Below are positions 47,530 through 56,500 of a DNA stretch of 64,000 bases, one piece after another. The notes beneath the pieces were generated by a model, which made no database searches, was not told where the DNA came from, and saw nothing but the letters and a program-made list of their open reading frames with translations. Both the position numbers and the translations under genes were made by a program. The stretch is from Rhodospirillales bacterium CG15_BIG_FIL_POST_REV_8_21_14_020_66_15. GTDB lineage: Bacteria > Pseudomonadota > Alphaproteobacteria > Rhodospirillales > Casp-alpha2. The stretch's first letter is position 1. The number at the start of each line of letters is the position of its first letter. The stretch is from NCBI GenBank assembly GCA_002781745.1, contig PFFW01000154.1:6515-70514 (forward strand), given 5' to 3'.

Positions 47530-49131
47530 TCAGGTCCCCTCGCGCAGGAACGACCAGCGCACCGCCGTTTCCCGGCCATGGTGGTCGCCGCGCAGGACGA
47601 TCTGGCGGCAGCGGCGGGGCTCGGCCGGATCGCCCAGGTAGACGCTTTCCTCCAGCTCGGGCGTGGCCCCGGCGCAGCGGAACCGCCAGCCCGTGCCGCC
47701 CGGCAGCTTCAACAGTACGGCGTCGCCTCCTTCCAGCATGGAGGCGCCGACGTCGGGGTGCAGGTGAAAGCGGAGCGTGAAGGCGCCGGCCCCGCCGACC
47801 AGGGCGTCCTTGCCGCGGAAGTCGTCGCCGGCGCCCGACAGGTACAGATCCCGGTTGTAGACGATGCCGAACGCCCGGCGGTAGCCCTCATGCCCCATCT
47901 GCACCAGGGAGCTGCCCCCGCGCTCGTTGCGGCGCACGGCCATGCCGACGTCGGCGCGGCGCGGCGCGTCCGCCGGCAGCGCGTCCGTGTCGTTGACGGA
48001 AAGCGTCGAATGGGCGGCCGTCGAGCGCAGCACCCGCGCCCATTCCGTGGTTTCGTCGGGATGGGCGCCGCAGTTGACGACCAGCCGGTGGCGCCCGGCC
48101 GACATCTCGAAGCTGAGCGCCCCGGCATGGCCGCCGCCCCCCGCGGCCCCGTCCCGCCCGCCGGTGTCGGCGATCACGGTGGTGGTGCCCGCGTGCAGCC
48201 GCTCATAGCCCCCGTCGGGCAGGCTGGCGGGGGCCGCGCCGCGAACGCCGGCGGCGCCGAGCACGGCCGACACCGTGTGCGCGGCGCCGTTGACGCCGCC
48301 GTTGAACGCCGTCAACGCGCCGTCCCCCAGGGTCAGCGCCTTCACCGCGGGACCCAGCCGGCCGAGGGCGTCGACCAGGAATTCGGGCGGCGGGCGCCGG
48401 CCCGCCTGGAGGGCGCGGTGTGCTTCGATCAGACGGGCCAGCGCCCGGCAGGCCGTTTCCGGCGAGCGGGAGCGATGCGCGCCGTCGGCCAGGATATCCC
48501 GCCGCACCGCGGCTTCCAGGCAGGCCAGCCCGGTGTCGAGAAGCGGCTCCCGGCCCGGCACGGCGACGGCGCCCGCCACCAGGGCGGCGCCGGCGGCGAA
48601 GCCGGCCTCTCCGTCCTTGAGCGGCGTGCCGTCGGAGCGGGCGACCCCCGCCAGATGCCGAAGCTGGGCCGCCGCCGACTGTGCCATGTCCGCCCGCAGC
48701 CCCCCGCCGCTTCCATTCGTTACGAACTCAATATAATTGATCCAGGCGAGCAGCCGCGTCCCCGCGACGCCCGGCGACCAGGTCTCCGGATCCCAGCGGT
48801 CGCAGTGGCGCAGCCAGTCATGGACGAGCGCCTGCGCCGCCTCGCGCGCGCCGGGAGCGCTCAGCGCCGCGAGGTCGCGCAGCCAGGCGAAACCGTAAAG
48901 CTCCGCCAGCGCGCGGCGGCTTTTCAGGGCGGTGGCGAAGGGATGGGCGCCCAGCCTGCGGCGGCGCGCGGCCAGGATCATGTCGCCGCTCAGGATCTCC
49001 GCGCCCCGCGCCGGGTCGCCGGGCACCGGGTCCGTGGTCAGGGCCTGGATGTGGGCCGTTCCGTGCCGGCGCAACATCCTGTTGTAGATGTCGCTGCGGA
49101 AATAGATGTCGCGGGCGAACTGAAAAATCAT
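47530..49131 (-). CDS. Heparinase II/III family protein
   Basis: LYGFAWLRDL, ILADGAHRSRSP, HAGALSFEMS, VVNCG, STAAHST, HEGY, RFHLHPDV. Confidence 0.85.
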   Translation of the reverse strand: MIFQFARDIYFRSDIYNRMLRRHGTAHIQALTTDPVPGDPARGAEILSGDMILAARRRRLGAHPFATALKSRRALAELYGFAWLRDLAALSAPGAREAAQALVHDWLRHCDRWDPETWSPGVAGTRLLAWINYIEFVTNGSGGGLRADMAQSAAAQLRHLAGVARSDGTPLKDGEAGFAAGAALVAGAVAVPGREPLLDTGLACLEAAVRRDILADGAHRSRSPETACRALARLIEAHRALQAGRRPPPEFLVDALGRLGPAVKALTLGDGALTAFNGGVNGAAHTVSAVLGAAGVRGAAPASLPDGGYERLHAGTTTVIADTGGRDGAAGGGGHAGALSFEMSAGRHRLVVNCGAHPDETTEWARVLRSTAAHSTLSVNDTDALPADAPRRADVGMAVRRNERGGSSLVQMGHEGYRRAFGIVYNRDLYLSGAGDDFRGKDALVGGAGAFTLRFHLHPDVGASMLEGGDAVLLKLPGGTGWRFRCAGATPELEESVYLGDPAEPRRCRQIVLRGDHHGRETAVRWSFLREGT

Positions 49132-49159
49132 CCGCCGACCAATAGCACCGAACGGGGAT

Positions 49160-50452
49160 TTACGCGATACGCCGCAGGGCGGCGGCGAAAAACCCGTCCA
49201 TGCCGCCGCTCTCGGCCGCCATGGACGGCAGGGTGCGCAGCCAGCCGTCGCCGGAGACCATCTCGGCCGTCACCCCCGATTCGCCGGGAACAACCGTTTC
49301 GGCCCGGAAATCACCGCGCGCGGCGAGGAAGGCGCGCACGCGTTCCGGTCCCTCCTCCGGCTGCAGGGAGCAGGTCGCGAAGACCATCAGGCCGCCCGGC
49401 CGCAGCCAACCGGCGGCGCGCGCCAGCAGGCGGTCCTGCAGCGCCGAAAGTCTGGCGACGTCTGCGGGGCCCTTCAGGCGCGGCAGGTCCGGATGGCGGC
49501 GGATGGTCCCCGTGGCCGAACAGGGCGCGTCCAGCAGCACGGCGTCGAACGGGGCGTCGGGCGTCCAGTCAAGCGCGTCGGCGGTCACGGTCGCGGCCGC
49601 GAGGTTCAGGCGGGCCAGGTTGCGGCGCAGCACCTCGAGACGTTTCTCCGCGCGGTCGACCGCGGTCACCCGCGCCCCGGCGGCGGCCAGCTGCGCCGTC
49701 TTGCCGCCCGGTGCGGCGCACAGGTCGAGCACGGCCTTGCCGTCGACGTCGCCCAGAAGCGAGGCCGGCAGGGCGGCGGCCAGATCCTGCACCCACCACG
49801 CCCCTTCGTCGTAGCCGGGCAGGTCCGGCACCGGCCCGCCGCCCGAAAGGCGCACGGTCCGGGCCGACAGGGCCCGGCCGCCCAGGCGGTCCGCCCAGGC
49901 CGGAGCGTCGGCCCTGACGGTCAGGTCCAGGGGGGCGGGCGAAAGGTGGCTTTCGGCGACGGCGCGGCAGGCCGCGTCGCCGTAGGCCGCCCGCCAGGAG
50001 TCCCACAGCCAGTCCGGCGTGTTCAACCGGGCTGCGTCCTGGCCGGTCAGGGCGTCCGCGCCCTCGCGTTGCAGGCGGCGCAGGACGGCGTTGACCAGCT
50101 TCGCCAGGTGGGCCTGGCCGCGGGCGCGGGCAAGGTCCACCGCCGTGTCGACGGCGGCGTGGTCGGCCGTGCCCGTGAACAGAAGCTGCGCGGCGCCCAG
50201 GCGCAGGATGTCCATGGCGGCGGCGGCGTTCGCCGGCAGCGGCCGGTCCAGGCATGCGGAGATCAGGGCGTCGATCTGTCCCAGTCGGCGCAAGGCCGTC
50301 GCCGCCAGGTTGTGGGCGAACGCGCGGTCGCGGGCGTCCAGGGCCGCGAAGCCGGATTGGGCCATCTGCCGGTCCAGGGCCTGGCGGCGGCGCAGGACGC
50401 CCCGCAGCAGGTCGAGGGCCGCCGCCCGCGGGGCAAGGACATCGTGTTCCAT
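49160..50452 (-). CDS. rsmB: RsmB/NOL1/NOP2/Sun family RNA m5C methyltransferase with NusB-like N-terminus
   Basis: WWVQD, VLDLCAAPGGKT, LLDAPCSATGTIRRHPD, TCSLQPEEG. Start re-picked at ATG 50452. Confidence 0.88.
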   Translation of the reverse strand: MEHDVLAPRAAALDLLRGVLRRRQALDRQMAQSGFAALDARDRAFAHNLAATALRRLGQIDALISACLDRPLPANAAAAMDILRLGAAQLLFTGTADHAAVDTAVDLARARGQAHLAKLVNAVLRRLQREGADALTGQDAARLNTPDWLWDSWRAAYGDAACRAVAESHLSPAPLDLTVRADAPAWADRLGGRALSARTVRLSGGGPVPDLPGYDEGAWWVQDLAAALPASLLGDVDGKAVLDLCAAPGGKTAQLAAAGARVTAVDRAEKRLEVLRRNLARLNLAAATVTADALDWTPDAPFDAVLLDAPCSATGTIRRHPDLPRLKGPADVARLSALQDRLLARAAGWLRPGGLMVFATCSLQPEEGPERVRAFLAARGDFRAETVVPGESGVTAEMVSGDGWLRTLPSMAAESGGMDGFFAAALRRIA

Positions 50453-50543
50453 GGCCCGGTCATGCCAGCCGGGAGGCGGCCGGGCAAGGACATTCGGCGC
50501 GTTCCGGTTGGCGGCCGGCGGCGCACCCGTGTAGACTGCGGCC

Positions 50544-50744
50544 ATGACCGACGATCATGACAGCAAGCGCGCCGAGCGCCTGGCCCGGGCGCGGGCGTTC
50601 CTCGAGGCGGGGCGCACGCAGATCGACCCGGCGCCGCCGGCGCCCGCGCCGCGGGCGGCCGCGAAGCCGGACGCCGGGCCGGCGCCCCCCGATCCCACCC
50701 GGTTCGGCGATTGGGAAAAGAACGGCCGCTGCATCGACTTTTGA
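50544..50744 (+). CDS. DUF1674 / SdhAF4-like small protein
   Basis: C-terminal PDPTRFGDWEKNGRCIDF; divergent from rsmB. Confidence 0.88.
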   Translation: MTDDHDSKRAERLARARAFLEAGRTQIDPAPPAPAPRAAAKPDAGPAPPDPTRFGDWEKNGRCIDF

Positions 50745-50916
50745 TCCGGCTGCGAACCGTCTGCCGGCGCGCCGCGCGCCCGGGGCTTGCCCTCGGCGCG
50801 CCGGTGGGACATTCTAGGACTTCATCGGGCGAGGAAGGGGCCGCGGCCCGCGGCGAGCACGCCGGCATGCCGTTCCGGCATCGGCGTTACTTGGAATTCA
50901 GGCAAAGCATCCAGGA

Positions 50917-52281
50917 ATGGGTCTTCTCAAGGCACTTTTCGGGCTCGGTGGCGGTCCGGCCAAGAAGAAATCCCGGCGCAAGGCGAAGCGGGTGGGCGGC
51001 GGCTACGTGCCGTCGGACGTTTCCGGTTCCGCCGCCAGCATCGTCCTGGCGGACGTTGACGGGTCCGGGGGCGAGAAGATCACCCAGCAACTGGCCGACA
51101 TCTTCGCCGCCATTTCCGACGTCGCCGTCTACCGCCGCAACCAGGCGGTCAAGCTGAACGCCAAGGCGCCCCTGTTCAACGCCCTGCAGGAATCGGCCCG
51201 CACGGGATCCGAATGGCTGCGCGAGGATGAGGCGGACCTTCTGGTGTGGGGCGGCACGGTGGACCTGGGCACGGCGGTCGAACTGCGCTTCCTGCCGGTG
51301 GGGGCGGCCGAGGGGGCGGCCAGCACGTTCGGGCCGCTCGACCACCTGACCCTGCCCATTCCCATGCCGCGCGACCTGTACCAGCTGATCCTGGTGTCGG
51401 CCATGGGCTCGCTTCTGCCCGTGCACCGGGGTGCCCGCAAGAAGCTGGCGGCGGTGCTCGAGGGCGAGATGAAGGACCTGGAGAAGGTCTGGGACAGTCC
51501 GCCGCACCTGGAGCCGCCGCATCTGGCGTCCTGCCTGACCTGCTACGGCAACGTCTGCCTGTCGCTGTGGCGGGTCGGCGCCAAGAAGTATCTGGCCAAG
51601 GGGCTCAAGGCCTATCAGGACGCGGTCAAAACCATCGACAAGTCGGAGCACCTTCTGCTCTGGGCGCTGGCGCAGAACCATTTCGCCGAGGGCCTGCAGC
51701 TCAAGTCCCTGCAGGACGCGGATCCGGACGCGCTGGCCGCCGCCGCCGCCGCCTACCGCGAGGTCGCCGACGCCCTCGGTCGCGACAACTATCCCAACGA
51801 ATTCGCGCTCGCCATGATCAACATGGCCATGGTGCTCTACAAGATCGGCAACAAGGAGACCACGCCGGCGCGCCTCAAGGAGGCGGCCCAGGCCTTCGAG
51901 GAGGCGCTCTCCGCCTTCGATCCGGAACTCAACCCCGGGCGCTGGGCCGAGGCCATGAACGGTTACGGCACGGTCCTGCTGTCGCTTGCCGAACGGGCCC
52001 AGGGCCCGGAACTGGCGGCCAAGGCCGTCGACGCCTTCAAGCAGGCGCTCGACGTGCGCAAGAAGGACCTGGTGCCGCTTCTGTGGGCGCAGACGGCCAA
52101 CAACCTGGGCGCCGCCTGCTTCGCCCTGGCCAAGCGCCAGCCGTCGAAGGAACTGGTCGCCGACGCGCAGAAGTACTTCACCGGGGCGTCGGAAATCTAT
52201 CGCGCCGCCGGCAATCAGAAGCGCGTCATCGTCATCGAGAAGAACCTGCAGCGCGTCAAGCAGATGGCCCGGGGCGCCTGA
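50917..52281 (+). CDS. TPR-repeat protein
   Basis: Repeated WAxAQNN/WAEAMNGYG/WAQTANNLG helical repeats. Confidence 0.75.
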   Translation: MGLLKALFGLGGGPAKKKSRRKAKRVGGGYVPSDVSGSAASIVLADVDGSGGEKITQQLADIFAAISDVAVYRRNQAVKLNAKAPLFNALQESARTGSEWLREDEADLLVWGGTVDLGTAVELRFLPVGAAEGAASTFGPLDHLTLPIPMPRDLYQLILVSAMGSLLPVHRGARKKLAAVLEGEMKDLEKVWDSPPHLEPPHLASCLTCYGNVCLSLWRVGAKKYLAKGLKAYQDAVKTIDKSEHLLLWALAQNHFAEGLQLKSLQDADPDALAAAAAAYREVADALGRDNYPNEFALAMINMAMVLYKIGNKETTPARLKEAAQAFEEALSAFDPELNPGRWAEAMNGYGTVLLSLAERAQGPELAAKAVDAFKQALDVRKKDLVPLLWAQTANNLGAACFALAKRQPSKELVADAQKYFTGASEIYRAAGNQKRVIVIEKNLQRVKQMARGA

Positions 52282-52308
52282 GGCGGCCCCCGGCCGGTTG
52301 CGCGCCGG

Positions 52309-53037
52309 TCAATCCTCCGTCGCGACGGCCAGCTTGCCGGTCACCCCGTGCTTGTCGATCAGGCGCTGCACCAGGCCGCTGGCGACGGCCTCGGCGATGA
52401 AGTCCTGCACCACGGCCTTCAGCGCCGGCGTGCCGTGGCGCGTGCCGATGGCCTGTTTCACGGCCGTATAGCGGCCCGGCAGCAGGCGCGTGCCGGGCAT
52501 GGCGGCGGCGTTGTCGCGCAGCGCCGGCACGAGGCCCGCCAGGGCGTCCAGCTTCTCCCGCTTGAACAGCTCGAAGGCGCCGGGCAGGCCCTGGGCGCGC
52601 ACCAGTTCGGCATGCTTCAGGGTGCGCGACAGGTAGAGGTCGTAGGCCGCGCGCTCCGAAACCGCGATGCGCACGCCGGGCGCATCGACGTCCTCGACCT
52701 TCCGGAACGGCGAGGTGTCGGGCACCAGGTAGGTCGCCTCGATCTGCACGTAGGCGTCACAGAAGTCGATGACCTCGGCCCGCTTGGGCTCGATGGCGAT
52801 CAGGCCGATGTCCCAGGCGCCGCGTTCGGCGGCGTCGGCGACCTCGCCCGGCGTGGCGAAGGTGTCGTACTTGACCGCGACGCCCAGCTTGTCGGCGATG
52901 CCCGCCGCCATGTCGGGGGCGATGCCGTCCGGGTCGCCGTTGGGCTTCGTGCCGGTGACCAGCAGGATGTTGCCCAGGTTGATGCCGACGCGGAGCACCT
53001 TGGGGTCCAGCAGTTCGGCGATGGCCTCGTTCGTCAT
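52309..53037 (-). CDS. Periplasmic solute-binding protein, family 3 (amino-acid ABC type), stand-alone
   Basis: LRVGINLGN, GIAPDMA, WDIGLIAIEPKRA, YVQIEATYLV. Confidence 0.85.
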   Translation of the reverse strand: MTNEAIAELLDPKVLRVGINLGNILLVTGTKPNGDPDGIAPDMAAGIADKLGVAVKYDTFATPGEVADAAERGAWDIGLIAIEPKRAEVIDFCDAYVQIEATYLVPDTSPFRKVEDVDAPGVRIAVSERAAYDLYLSRTLKHAELVRAQGLPGAFELFKREKLDALAGLVPALRDNAAAMPGTRLLPGRYTAVKQAIGTRHGTPALKAVVQDFIAEAVASGLVQRLIDKHGVTGKLAVATED

Positions 53038-53170
53038 GATCCGTCCCTTCAAGTCTTGTGAGTTTTGTCGATGGGCCCGGCCTCGGCACCGGGCGGTCCC
53101 GGACGATGCGCGATCCGGCCCAGGAAATCAACGACCGGAGATCACCGCCGCCCGGCGTGCCGGGGCGGAC

Positions 53171-53197
53171 AAAAAAAGCGGGACCCGCAGGTCCCGC
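53171..53197 (-). terminator. Rho-independent terminator
   Basis: GCGGGACC/GGTCCCGC 8-bp stem with 4-nt loop, followed by T7 on the minus strand, about 50 bp after stop 53249. Confidence 0.85.
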
Positions 53198-53248
53198 ATC
53201 GTCAAGTTTAGAGGAAGGCTGTCTGTAGTCGCAGACGGAAATTCCGTG

Positions 53249-54301
53249 TCAGGCCGAACGCCGCTGGTTCCGCGCCAGGCGTCCGTCGACGGTGGCGACG
53301 ATCTCATCGACGTCGGCGCTGTTCATGCCGAGGGTGCGGCCGATCAGCTGCACCAGCATGTCGACCCGCTCGATGACCGGCGAGCCCCCGTCCACGGCGC
53401 GGGCCACCGAGGACGGCTTCGACAGGTTCTCGGCGGCGGCGGCGTATTTCTCGAACGGCACGGCGTCGGCCGGGTCGGCGCCCAGCGCGCGGGCGATGGC
53501 GTCCACGTGCTGGTAGATCAGGCGGGATTTGCCCAGGTTTTCGTGCACGGCGTCGCGGATCGGGCGCACGCCGCCGCGTTCCACGCAGCGATAGTTGCCG
53601 GTCAGCAGCATGGACCATTTCGCAAGCGGCACGAAAACCGAGTCGAAAGCCCTCAGCTTGACCGGCACCTCGCTCCGGCCGACGCGCACGGCGGCGATGT
53701 CGGCGTCCAGGCGGTCGAGCAGCTTGTTGGCGTCGCGGTCGCCGAACCGGGCGGCCTTGAAGTTGGTGGGCAGGCCGACATGAAGGATGTTGGCGCCTTC
53801 CTCGGGCGGCCGGAAGGCCTGCGGATCGGGGCTGCACAGGGTCACCAGATCGGGCTCGAAACGGTCCCACACGCGGGGATTGCTGTAGGCGGCCTCCAGC
53901 TTGCCGGTGTCCAGACCGGGGATGCGGCGCAGGAACGGCAGCGGCGGCATGTTCATGATCGACAGGCAGGGAATGCGCTCCTCGGCGATGCGGATCAAAA
54001 GCGTGCGCAGCGAATGGGCGGAATACTGCGGCTCCTGCATGGCCAGGCCGACCAGGTCGTAGGCCCCGGCGGCGACGTTCTCGGGCGTTTGGGCGTCCAG
54101 GCGCCCGGGCAGGTCGTGCGAGCGGAAGGTGCGGTGCGCGTCCTCGCCCTTCAGGCGGATGCGCACTTCCGTGCCCTTGTCGTTGATCAGCCTGGCCGTT
54201 TCCTCGCGGCACACCAGGGTCACGTTGTGGCCGGCCATCAGCAGCTTGGTGCCGAGCAGGGAGCCGTAGGAAGCGCCGAGGATGAGAATGTTGTTCGCCA
54301 T
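53249..54301 (-). CDS. Ketopantoate-reductase-like Rossmann protein, function unknown
   Basis: NILILGASYGSLLG, GHNVTLVC, LAMQEPQY. ATG 54301 with GAGGAG RBS. Confidence 0.65.
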   Translation of the reverse strand: MANNILILGASYGSLLGTKLLMAGHNVTLVCREETARLINDKGTEVRIRLKGEDAHRTFRSHDLPGRLDAQTPENVAAGAYDLVGLAMQEPQYSAHSLRTLLIRIAEERIPCLSIMNMPPLPFLRRIPGLDTGKLEAAYSNPRVWDRFEPDLVTLCSPDPQAFRPPEEGANILHVGLPTNFKAARFGDRDANKLLDRLDADIAAVRVGRSEVPVKLRAFDSVFVPLAKWSMLLTGNYRCVERGGVRPIRDAVHENLGKSRLIYQHVDAIARALGADPADAVPFEKYAAAAENLSKPSSVARAVDGGSPVIERVDMLVQLIGRTLGMNSADVDEIVATVDGRLARNQRRSA

Positions 54302-54422
54302 GTTGGGTCTCCTCAAAGGTCTTGGGTCTCCATCGCCGGCCCTGCGCAATGGTGACGATGCTTCACGACCGACCCTACGCCGGGTATGCCGGGCGCGCAC
54401 GGATTTTCAGGTTTATGTGTTG

Positions 54423-54463
54423 TTTGTTTTATAAACAAATGTAAAAATATGTTAATTTGTAAA
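54423..54463. promoter_or_regulatory. AT-rich divergent promoter with palindrome and TTTGTAAA-like boxes
   Basis: TTTGTTT-tat-AAACAAA at 54423-54439; AATGTAAA at 54438-54445; TTTGTAAA at 54456-54463. Confidence 0.45.
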
Positions 54464-54480
54464 ACAGCGGGACGGAGGGC

Positions 54481-55902
54481 ATGCCGGGCATGCGCGTACG
54501 CAAGACCCTGGTCGGGCCGCGGCTGCGGCAGCTGCGCCGCGAGCACCGCCAGACCCAGGCGGAGATGGCCGAGGCGCTGGGCGTCAGCACCGCCTATGTG
54601 AACCTGCTGGAGAACAACCAGCGGTCCCTGTCGGTGACCATGCTGATGTCGCTGTCGGACGCCTACGGCGTCGACTGGCGCGACCTCATCAAGGACGAGG
54701 GCTCGACGATGCTGGCCGACCTGCGCAACACCGTGCAGGACCCCATCTTCGACGCCACCACGCCCGACCTGCAGGAATTGCGCGCCGCCATCGACCACGC
54801 GCCCAAGCTGGTGGAAAGCTTCCTCCACCTCTACCGCAGCCACCGCAACGCGCTGGACAACATGATGCGCCTGGGCAGCGAGGGCATGCCCGCCGACCTT
54901 CTGAAATCGACGCCGGAGCGCATCATCCACGACTTCTTCCGCGACCACTCCAACCACTTCCCGGCGCTCGAGGCGGCGGCCGAACGCCTGCGCGACGCCA
55001 CCCCCTGCGAGGTCGACGACGTCTACATGGTGCTCAAGGGGCGGCTCATGCGCGTGCACGGGATCGAGGTGCGCACGGCCTCGGTCGAGGACATGGGCCA
55101 GGCGCTGCGCATCTATGACGAGACGGTCTCCACGGTCCACCTGTCGGAAGCGCTGGATCACCAGAACCGGGTGTTCCAGCTCGCCCACGTGCTGTGCCTG
55201 GTCGAGCTGCCGTCGGTCCTGCAGGACCTCACCGCCGGCAGCGCCCTGCGCTCCGAGACCGCCGTCGCGCGCTGCCATGTGGAACTCGCGAACTATTTCG
55301 CCGCCGCCTTCCTCATGCCCTACGCCCCGTTCTTCGAGACGGCGGAGGAGACGCGCTACGACGTCGACCGTCTGGCCGCCGCCTTCGGCGTGTCCTTCGA
55401 ACAGGTCTGCCACCGCCTCACCACCCTGCAGCGCGAGGGGGCCAGGGGCGTGCCGTTCTTCTTCCTGCGCGTCGACAAGGCGGGCAACGTCACCAAGCGC
55501 TTCAACTCGACCTCGTTCAACATCGCCGACTACGGCGGCGCCTGTCCGGTGTGGAACATCCACACCTCGTTCCGCACGCCCGGCGTCATCGTGCCGCAGT
55601 TCGTGGAACTGCCCGACGGCGAACGCTTCTTCACCATCTCCCGCACCACGGAACGCCCCGTGTTCTCGCGCGACACCCAGGACCGGCGGCTGGCGCTGTC
55701 GCTCGGCTGCGAGTTGAAGCACGCGCACCGGCTCGCCTACGCCGCCCCCTTCAACATCCGCGACGAGGAAATGTTCGCGCCGATCGGCATCAACTGCCAC
55801 CTGTGCCCGCGCAAGAACTGCTCGCAGCGCGCCCACCAGCCGCTGATGATGGAACTGCCCATCGACACCAACCGCCGCGGCAACACGCGCTATGAAAGCT
55901 GA
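54481..55902 (+). CDS. XRE-family short-chain fatty acyl-CoA regulator (ScfR/RamB/PccR type)
   Basis: N-terminal [57 protein letters not shown]-terminal [16 protein letters not shown]. Confidence 0.92.
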   Translation: MPGMRVRKTLVGPRLRQLRREHRQTQAEMAEALGVSTAYVNLLENNQRSLSVTMLMSLSDAYGVDWRDLIKDEGSTMLADLRNTVQDPIFDATTPDLQELRAAIDHAPKLVESFLHLYRSHRNALDNMMRLGSEGMPADLLKSTPERIIHDFFRDHSNHFPALEAAAERLRDATPCEVDDVYMVLKGRLMRVHGIEVRTASVEDMGQALRIYDETVSTVHLSEALDHQNRVFQLAHVLCLVELPSVLQDLTAGSALRSETAVARCHVELANYFAAAFLMPYAPFFETAEETRYDVDRLAAAFGVSFEQVCHRLTTLQREGARGVPFFFLRVDKAGNVTKRFNSTSFNIADYGGACPVWNIHTSFRTPGVIVPQFVELPDGERFFTISRTTERPVFSRDTQDRRLALSLGCELKHAHRLAYAAPFNIRDEEMFAPIGINCHLCPRKNCSQRAHQPLMMELPIDTNRRGNTRYES

Positions 55903-56027
55903 CGGCCCGCCGTCTCCGCTTGCGGCTCCTTTTTGACCACAGCCGCCGTCGCAATGTGATTCGACATTCGCCCGCCGCCGACGGACCATGGGGGAAATCC
56001 CATCATCTTTCCCGGAGGACCTTCCCC

Positions 56028-56483
56028 ATGGCGAAGATCAACGTCAACGGCAGGACCGTCACGGTCGACGCCGACGGCGCCACCCCCCTGTTGTGGGTGC
56101 TGCGCGAGAACCTGGACCTGACCGGCACCAAGTACGGCTGCGGCATCGCCGCCTGCGGCGCCTGCACCGTGCATGTCAACGGCGCGGCCGTGCGATCCTG
56201 CGCCCTGCCGCTGGAGGCCGTCGCCGAAACCGACAGGATCGTCACCATCGAGGGCCTGTCCCGCGACGGCTCCCATCCGGTGCAGCGGGCGTGGATGGAC
56301 CTCGACGTGCCGCAATGCGGTTACTGCCAGGCGGGCATGATCATGGCGGCGGCGGCGCTGCTCGCCAGGACGCCCAGGCCGACGGACGCCGACATCGACG
56401 CCGAAATCTCCAACATCTGCCGCTGCGGCACCTACCAGCGCGTGCGCGCGGGCATCCACCGCGCCGCCGGCGGCAAGGCCTGA
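56028..56483 (+). CDS. iorA: Isoquinoline 1-oxidoreductase alpha-like (2Fe-2S) subunit
   Basis: [41 protein letters not shown] 56028 with GGAGG RBS. Confidence 0.9.
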   Translation: MAKINVNGRTVTVDADGATPLLWVLRENLDLTGTKYGCGIAACGACTVHVNGAAVRSCALPLEAVAETDRIVTIEGLSRDGSHPVQRAWMDLDVPQCGYCQAGMIMAAAALLARTPRPTDADIDAEISNICRCGTYQRVRAGIHRAAGGKA

Positions 56484-56500
56484 CGGGGGAGGACAGGGAC

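Noticed and set aside
47530-49131. Heparinase II/III gene as a glycan-degrading part of the locus
   Set aside because: This family is a common backbone neighbour of rsmB and DUF1674, and its composition matches the backbone.
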